Below, piece after piece: positions 60,146 to 64,000 of a stretch of 64,000 bases of DNA (its first letter is position 1; each line of letters begins with the position of its first letter). Below the pieces are notes generated by a model, which worked only from the letters and a program-made list of their open reading frames with translations, was not told the DNA's origin and ran no database searches. The translations under genes and the position numbers were made by a program. This stretch comes from Thermoplasmata archaeon (lineage in GTDB: Archaea > Thermoplasmatota > Thermoplasmata > Lutacidiplasmatales > UBA184). The stretch covers positions 19,746-83,745 of the forward strand of contig DAHUZZ010000008.1 of assembly GCA_027314915.1 (NCBI GenBank), written 5' to 3'.

Positions 60146-60218
60146 GCCACCGTAGCTCAGTTGGCAGAGCGGCTGATTCGTAATCAGCAGGTCGGGGGTT
60201 CAAGTCCCTCCGGTGGCT
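60146..60218 (+). tRNA. tRNA-Thr (anticodon CGU)
   Basis: 73 nt read manually. The acceptor is GCCACCG/CGGTGGC, the D arm is GCTC/GAGC, the anticodon stem is GCTGA/TCAGC with loop TTCGTAA, and the T arm is GGGGG-TTCAAGT-CCCTC. The discriminator is U. There is no CCA. Confidence 0.85.
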
Positions 60219-60265
60219 GCTCGTCCACCGCGCCCTCATGCATCGGATAGTGCAGTGCGACGCGC

Positions 60266-60412
60266 ATGGACGCGGAGACGACGGCGGTTCGGGTGTCCCG
60301 CGAGACGCTCGATGAGCTGGATCGGTTTCAACGTGCCCTTCGTACTCGTACGGCCGATGAGCCGATTCGCGCCCTCCCGCGCCTGCAGCGTCACGCCGTC
60401 GTCGAGCGGTAG
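60266..60412 (+). CDS. small RHH/antitoxin-like protein (48 aa)
   Basis: MDAETTAVRVSRETLDELDRFQRALRTRTADEPIR has a beta strand plus helix pattern like CopG/VapB-type antitoxins. It is below the ORF-track length cut-off and starts 48 bp after the tRNA. Confidence 0.4.
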   Translation: MDAETTAVRVSRETLDELDRFQRALRTRTADEPIRALPRLQRHAVVER

Positions 60413-60473
60413 GGGGGAACCCTCAAGGGCAGCGTGGGCCGATCCAGGGAGTCGGAACGCGTCCACAGCGATC

Positions 60474-61043
60474 GTGGATTCTGATGCCTCGTTCGAGTTC
60501 TTGAGCGACGGCCCGAGGGCTGGTGCGGATCATCGGGTGCTCCTTGAAGCGGATTCGGTCGTGACCCCCGACCGGGTGCTCGCAGAGCTGGCACGGCCGT
60601 TCGATCGCGGGGGCCAGCCCTCCGCCCGGACGCGTGACCTTCTGACCGAGATCGTAGGACTCAGGTGGATCATTCCCATCGATGTTGCGATCGCGCTCGG
60701 GGTGCCCACGGCCGACACCGATCTTCGCGCCAACGCCGGACGCTGGTTCAGGGGACCCGTTCCAATCGTCTGTTCACACCAGGTGATCGAGGGGGTCCTC
60801 CTTCTTGGCCTGCAGGACGGGGGGCGCCGGTGGCGGTGGCGCCATAGGAGGTGCTGGCGGAGCGGGCGACCTCTGCCGCTTCCGCTTGTTCCGAGCCATC
60901 GCGATCGGTACGATGATGGCCGTCGCGATCAGACCCAGGAAGAGGGGGACCAGGGGAACCAAGCTGGCGGAGCTCATCGTGGCGGGACTGGCGGGCGGAG
61001 AACTCCCGCCGGGTCCGAAATAGGCATTCCCGCTGAAAGCTAG
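60474..61043 (+). CDS. PIN-domain (VapC-like) protein, possibly decayed, with no early stop
   Basis: GTG start. The acidic residues sit at PIN-like positions (VDSDASF, VVTPDRVLAELAR, IPIDVAIALGVPTADTDL). The reading frame then runs ~300 bp further, antisense into the convergent membrane-protein gene, so the true 3' end is uncertain. Confidence 0.3.
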   Translation: MDSDASFEFLSDGPRAGADHRVLLEADSVVTPDRVLAELARPFDRGGQPSARTRDLLTEIVGLRWIIPIDVAIALGVPTADTDLRANAGRWFRGPVPIVCSHQVIEGVLLLGLQDGGRRWRWRHRRCWRSGRPLPLPLVPSHRDRYDDGRRDQTQEEGDQGNQAGGAHRGGTGGRRTPAGSEIGIPAES

Positions 61044-61832
61044 GAAGAACGAGAACGGAACCAGGAGGACCCAGGTGAAGACCAGCAGCACGATCAGGGC
61101 CGCGGCCAGGGAGTCCCATGAGGCGTCGCGCGATGGCACCGGGACGGCAACACCGGCGACGTACCCGGCCGGATACATCGCCACCGTCGGCATCGGCGGG
61201 GGCGGTGGCGGTGAATAGCCCCGTGCGAGCTTCCGCCGCCCCCGGTCCGAACCGAGGAGGGCGAGGGAGAGTCCGATGATCGACAGCACGGGAAGTGCCG
61301 AGAAGACCGCGCCGGTCTCCAGCGAGCTCTCCTCGTAGGTCGATCCGACCTTCGCGAGGATCCAGCTGGCTCCGAGCACCCCGACCAGGGAGAACAGCCC
61401 CCCGAAAATGAGCAACATGCCGTCGAGGATCGCGATGCCCGGGGCCATGACCGACGAGTAGGCGTCCGCACTCGCAGAAGGATGGACGCCGGGCGGGACG
61501 AAACTCCCGAGCCAGATCGCGAGGCCGACCGCAAACAAGCCGAAGCCGGCAGCCCCCAGCGCGGCCAGCTGCCGGGCGGTCCCGAGATCGACCCGGGGAA
61601 CCGACCCCTCGATCTCCTGGGCTCCGCGGTGGAGAAGTAGGAGGGAGACCAGCGCGACGACGGTTCCGACCATCAGGAGGTAGTCCAGAGCGAAGATCCC
61701 GACGTAGGAGATCCCGAACCCTCTCGCCCCGTAGGACAGGGTCGTGTGGGCCGGGATGTTCGAGAAGAGCGATCCGATGATCCAAAGGGCGATCACGCTC
61801 GCCCAGATCAGGGCCTGCCCGACGAGCCCCAC
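60774..61832 (-). CDS. polytopic membrane protein with Pro-rich loops
   Basis: About 8 hydrophobic helices and a basic, Pro-rich C-terminal tail (MARNKRKRQRSPAPPAPP...). A GTG start at 61832 was chosen where hydrophobicity begins. The upstream part of the listed ORF overlaps the divergent gene. Confidence 0.4.
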   Translation of the reverse strand: MGLVGQALIWASVIALWIIGSLFSNIPAHTTLSYGARGFGISYVGIFALDYLLMVGTVVALVSLLLLHRGAQEIEGSVPRVDLGTARQLAALGAAGFGLFAVGLAIWLGSFVPPGVHPSASADAYSSVMAPGIAILDGMLLIFGGLFSLVGVLGASWILAKVGSTYEESSLETGAVFSALPVLSIIGLSLALLGSDRGRRKLARGYSPPPPPPMPTVAMYPAGYVAGVAVPVPSRDASWDSLAAALIVLLVFTWVLLVPFSFFLAFSGNAYFGPGGSSPPASPATMSSASLVPLVPLFLGLIATAIIVPIAMARNKRKRQRSPAPPAPPMAPPPPAPPVLQAKKEDPLDHLV

Positions 61833-61949
61833 GAGCGCACCGGCTTCGAAGTGCCGAAACCCCCTCCGTGCCTCGGCCCGAAGCGCGGTGGGCGCGATCG
61901 CGCCCGGACTCGACGTGGTGGGACCCCCGCTCGGGGGACGGGGTCGGCC

Positions 61950-61995
61950 GTTATAATTCGCGCGACATGAAATCCGAAAAATCGTATAGTCGCCG
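61950..61995. promoter_or_regulatory. sharp AT-rich island with TATA-like boxes (ttataatt and cgtatag) between divergent genes
   Basis: gttataattcgcgcgacatgaaatccgaaaaatcgtatagtcg is read in a 70% GC context. It lies 35-75 bp upstream of ATG 62028. Confidence 0.45.
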
Positions 61996-62027
61996 GGGTT
62001 CGCCCCCTCCGCGGAGGGCGGGGTCGA

Positions 62028-63059
62028 ATGTATGAGCTGACGACCTCCGAAGCGGCGACGATCCTGGCGGTGCTGGCTCGGGACCCTGAGCTTCAGAGTT
62101 CCGACCTCGGGCGGCTCGGGATCCCTCCCTCCACCTTCTATGCCGTCCGACGCAAGATCTACGAGGCGGGCTGGCTCTCCGACCGATACCTCCCCCATCC
62201 GTGGGCGTACGGCGTCGAAGCCGTCGATTTCGTCCTCGCCTCGCCTCCTCCTTCGGAGCGGTCGCGAATCGAGACGGAATGGGGCCGTTCATCCGCCAAC
62301 GTGCTCCTGTGGGCTGGCCTGAACGTTCTCTTCGGCGTCTTCTTCCGACGCCCTGGGGCCCCGCCCCCGTCCGCGGAGGGCGCGAGGGTGACCATCACGC
62401 CGAGCGACGGGTCCATTCCCGTCTACTTCGATTATTCCCAATCCTGGTCGCGCTTCATTCGAGCCGGCGGGGGGACCGGCTACCCCCGCGGCTCGGGCGG
62501 GGCTCCTCCTCGTGCAGGGCACGCTCGAGGTTCCGCGATGAGCCAGTTGCTGGGAGAGGATGCCGGGGCCATCCACGCTCACCCTGCCGGTAACGGCTGG
62601 CACTCCCCCTCCGGCCTGACCCGGCCCCAGCGATTGCTTCTCGAGCGGGGGGAGGTCCAGAGCCGGACGTTCCTGGACGTGGGCGCACTTCCACCGTACC
62701 AGGGCCGGGTCCTGGGCGAGATCGTCTTCCTCACGGGGAAGTTGAGGGAAGGGGCCTCCGCGACCGGGGTGCTGGGCCGGTTGAACAACGACTGTCAGGT
62801 CTCTCCGGTCCTGATGGCGGCGGACGGAGCCTCCGTGATGCTCTGTGCCCTGGGGCAGGTGGGCGTGGGTACGCCCCATCGGACCAAGATCCCCCGAGCG
62901 GCCCAGCACGTGGCGGACGCCTTGGACTCCTCCCTCCGCGACCTCCGAATGACCATCGAGCCCACGGGGTCCGTGCGTACGGTGATCGACCACCGCTACG
63001 ATCGGCTCATCGGGGCGCCCGGAGCCGGGCCCAGCGAGGGCGCCAGGTCCCCGCCGTAG
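62028..63059 (+). CDS. winged-HTH domain protein (putative transcription regulator) with a C-terminal domain of unknown function
   Basis: The N-terminus is ATILAVLARDPELQSSDLGRLGIPPSTFYAVRRKIYEAGWL, like MarR/TrmB-type wHTH proteins. Confidence 0.45.
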   Translation: MYELTTSEAATILAVLARDPELQSSDLGRLGIPPSTFYAVRRKIYEAGWLSDRYLPHPWAYGVEAVDFVLASPPPSERSRIETEWGRSSANVLLWAGLNVLFGVFFRRPGAPPPSAEGARVTITPSDGSIPVYFDYSQSWSRFIRAGGGTGYPRGSGGAPPRAGHARGSAMSQLLGEDAGAIHAHPAGNGWHSPSGLTRPQRLLLERGEVQSRTFLDVGALPPYQGRVLGEIVFLTGKLREGASATGVLGRLNNDCQVSPVLMAADGASVMLCALGQVGVGTPHRTKIPRAAQHVADALDSSLRDLRMTIEPTGSVRTVIDHRYDRLIGAPGAGPSEGARSPP

Positions 63060-63568
63060 CTCACGCCGAAGAACCGCCGGCGAAGCTCCTTGCGGTAGGT
63101 CCACCCCCCATCCGGACCTTCGGTAGTTCCGGACGATCTGGAATCGACCGAGGTCCGTCGATCCGAACGCCTCGAGCGGCGCCCCGCCAAGGCCGCGGCC
63201 GGGTCGGCAGGTCGCCCGGCGGGGCCCGACCTCGACGCGAGTTCGGAGCTCGCATGTTCTCCCTCCGAGCCGGCCTCCTCCCCCATCCCGCGGACAGCGA
63301 CGGGGGCTGCTTACCGAGGGCCGGCCGTTCCTACCGACGTCGCCGGGAGCGGCAGCGAGGCCGGGACCTCCGCCGCCGTCGGTCTCGGGAGAGGTCGACC
63401 CGAGGGCCGATCCCCACCGGCCGCTCTCCCCTCGGGCCGCCGGAGCTCTCCCGCTCGGCGAGGTTCTCCGCTTCCCGGCGCGATCCTCCCTGCTCCCTTG
63501 GGCGGTCACCTATATTCGAAGCGCGGGGATGGGCGCCTGCGGCACTGGTCCGAGCGGAGGGATCCCGA

Positions 63569-64000
63569 TTGTCACCCCGGAAGACCCGACGATGGTTGAT
63601 CGCGAAGCCCCTCGAGGGCTTGCTCTCCGAGGCGAACTTCCGCTGGGTGGAGTCGGCCGTTCCCCCGTTGGCCGAGGGGCAGTTCCTGGTCCGCAATCGC
63701 TGGCTCTCGGTCGACCCCACCCAGGCGCTCCAGCTCCGGGGTCCCGAGGTACCGATCGGGGAGTCGCCGTGGTCGCTGGCGGTGTCGGAGGTCGTCGAGT
63801 CCCGCCATGCGGACTTCTCGCCCGGGGACCTCGTGCACGGACAGATGGCCTGGGAGGACTACACCGTCACGGAGGGCACGGGGTTCAACCCCACCTTTCG
63901 CGTGCCGGAGGGCGTTCCCCTCAACTGGGCGGCCGGGGTGCTCGGTCTCACCGGCCTGGTCGCGTACTTCGGCCTTCACGCCGTGGCCCGACTCCAGCCC
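63569..64000 (+). CDS. NADP-dependent oxidoreductase, MDR superfamily (YncB/CurA/PTGR-like), 3' truncated by window
   Basis: RRWLIAKPLEGL...GQFLVRNRWLSVDP is the family N-terminus. There is a TTG start candidate at 63569 and a TATA-like tatatt about 50 bp upstream. No stop lies before the window end. Confidence 0.65.
   Translation, partial: MSPRKTRRWLIAKPLEGLLSEANFRWVESAVPPLAEGQFLVRNRWLSVDPTQALQLRGPEVPIGESPWSLAVSEVVESRHADFSPGDLVHGQMAWEDYTVTEGTGFNPTFRVPEGVPLNWAAGVLGLTGLVAYFGLHAVARLQP

Overview
This is a ~70% GC, gene-dense chromosomal segment that is archaeal. The evidence for that is an S13-S4-S11-RpoD ribosomal/RNAP cluster, an EF-1alpha-S10 pair, zinc-ribbon MBF1, membrane-bound LonB, proteasome alpha, NadM, Pelota, archaetidylserine synthase/decarboxylase, and two tRNAs without encoded CCA. 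A Thermoplasmatota-like euryarchaeon is a plausible source, but that is only a low-confidence inference. I could support about 65 coding genes, tRNA-Phe(GAA) and tRNA-Thr(CGU). I found no rRNA, CRISPR array, integrase or transposase. Most long ORFs in the six-frame track that overlap these genes on the other strand or frame look like high-GC artefacts. Housekeeping content includes guaA subunit A, ubiX, ornithine carbamoyltransferase, citrate synthase, folD, topA, uvrA-uvrC, dnaJ, a MetB-family PLP enzyme, two MFS transporters and a CPA antiporter. The more unusual content is listed here. (1) A tandem-RHH (CdrS-like) regulator sits immediately upstream of an FtsZ-family GTPase, with direct repeats in its promoter, and a large N-glycosylated pilin-like surface protein sits next door. 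(2) A large Ig-repeat surface protein is followed by a frameshifted partial duplicate of its 5' end. (3) A bacterial-type class III adenylyl cyclase-TPR protein lies beside tRNA-Phe. (4) Downstream of tRNA-Thr there is an RHH/PIN toxin-antitoxin-like pair, a membrane protein, a wHTH protein and a sharp AT-rich promoter island. (5) There are two thiolase-DUF35 gene pairs without an adjacent HMG-CoA synthase, and one DUF35 carries a degenerate HMGCS-like N-terminal domain. (6) A Tes/GDGT-MAS-like radical SAM protein has two CX3CX2C motifs. All calls come from reading the translations, with no database search.
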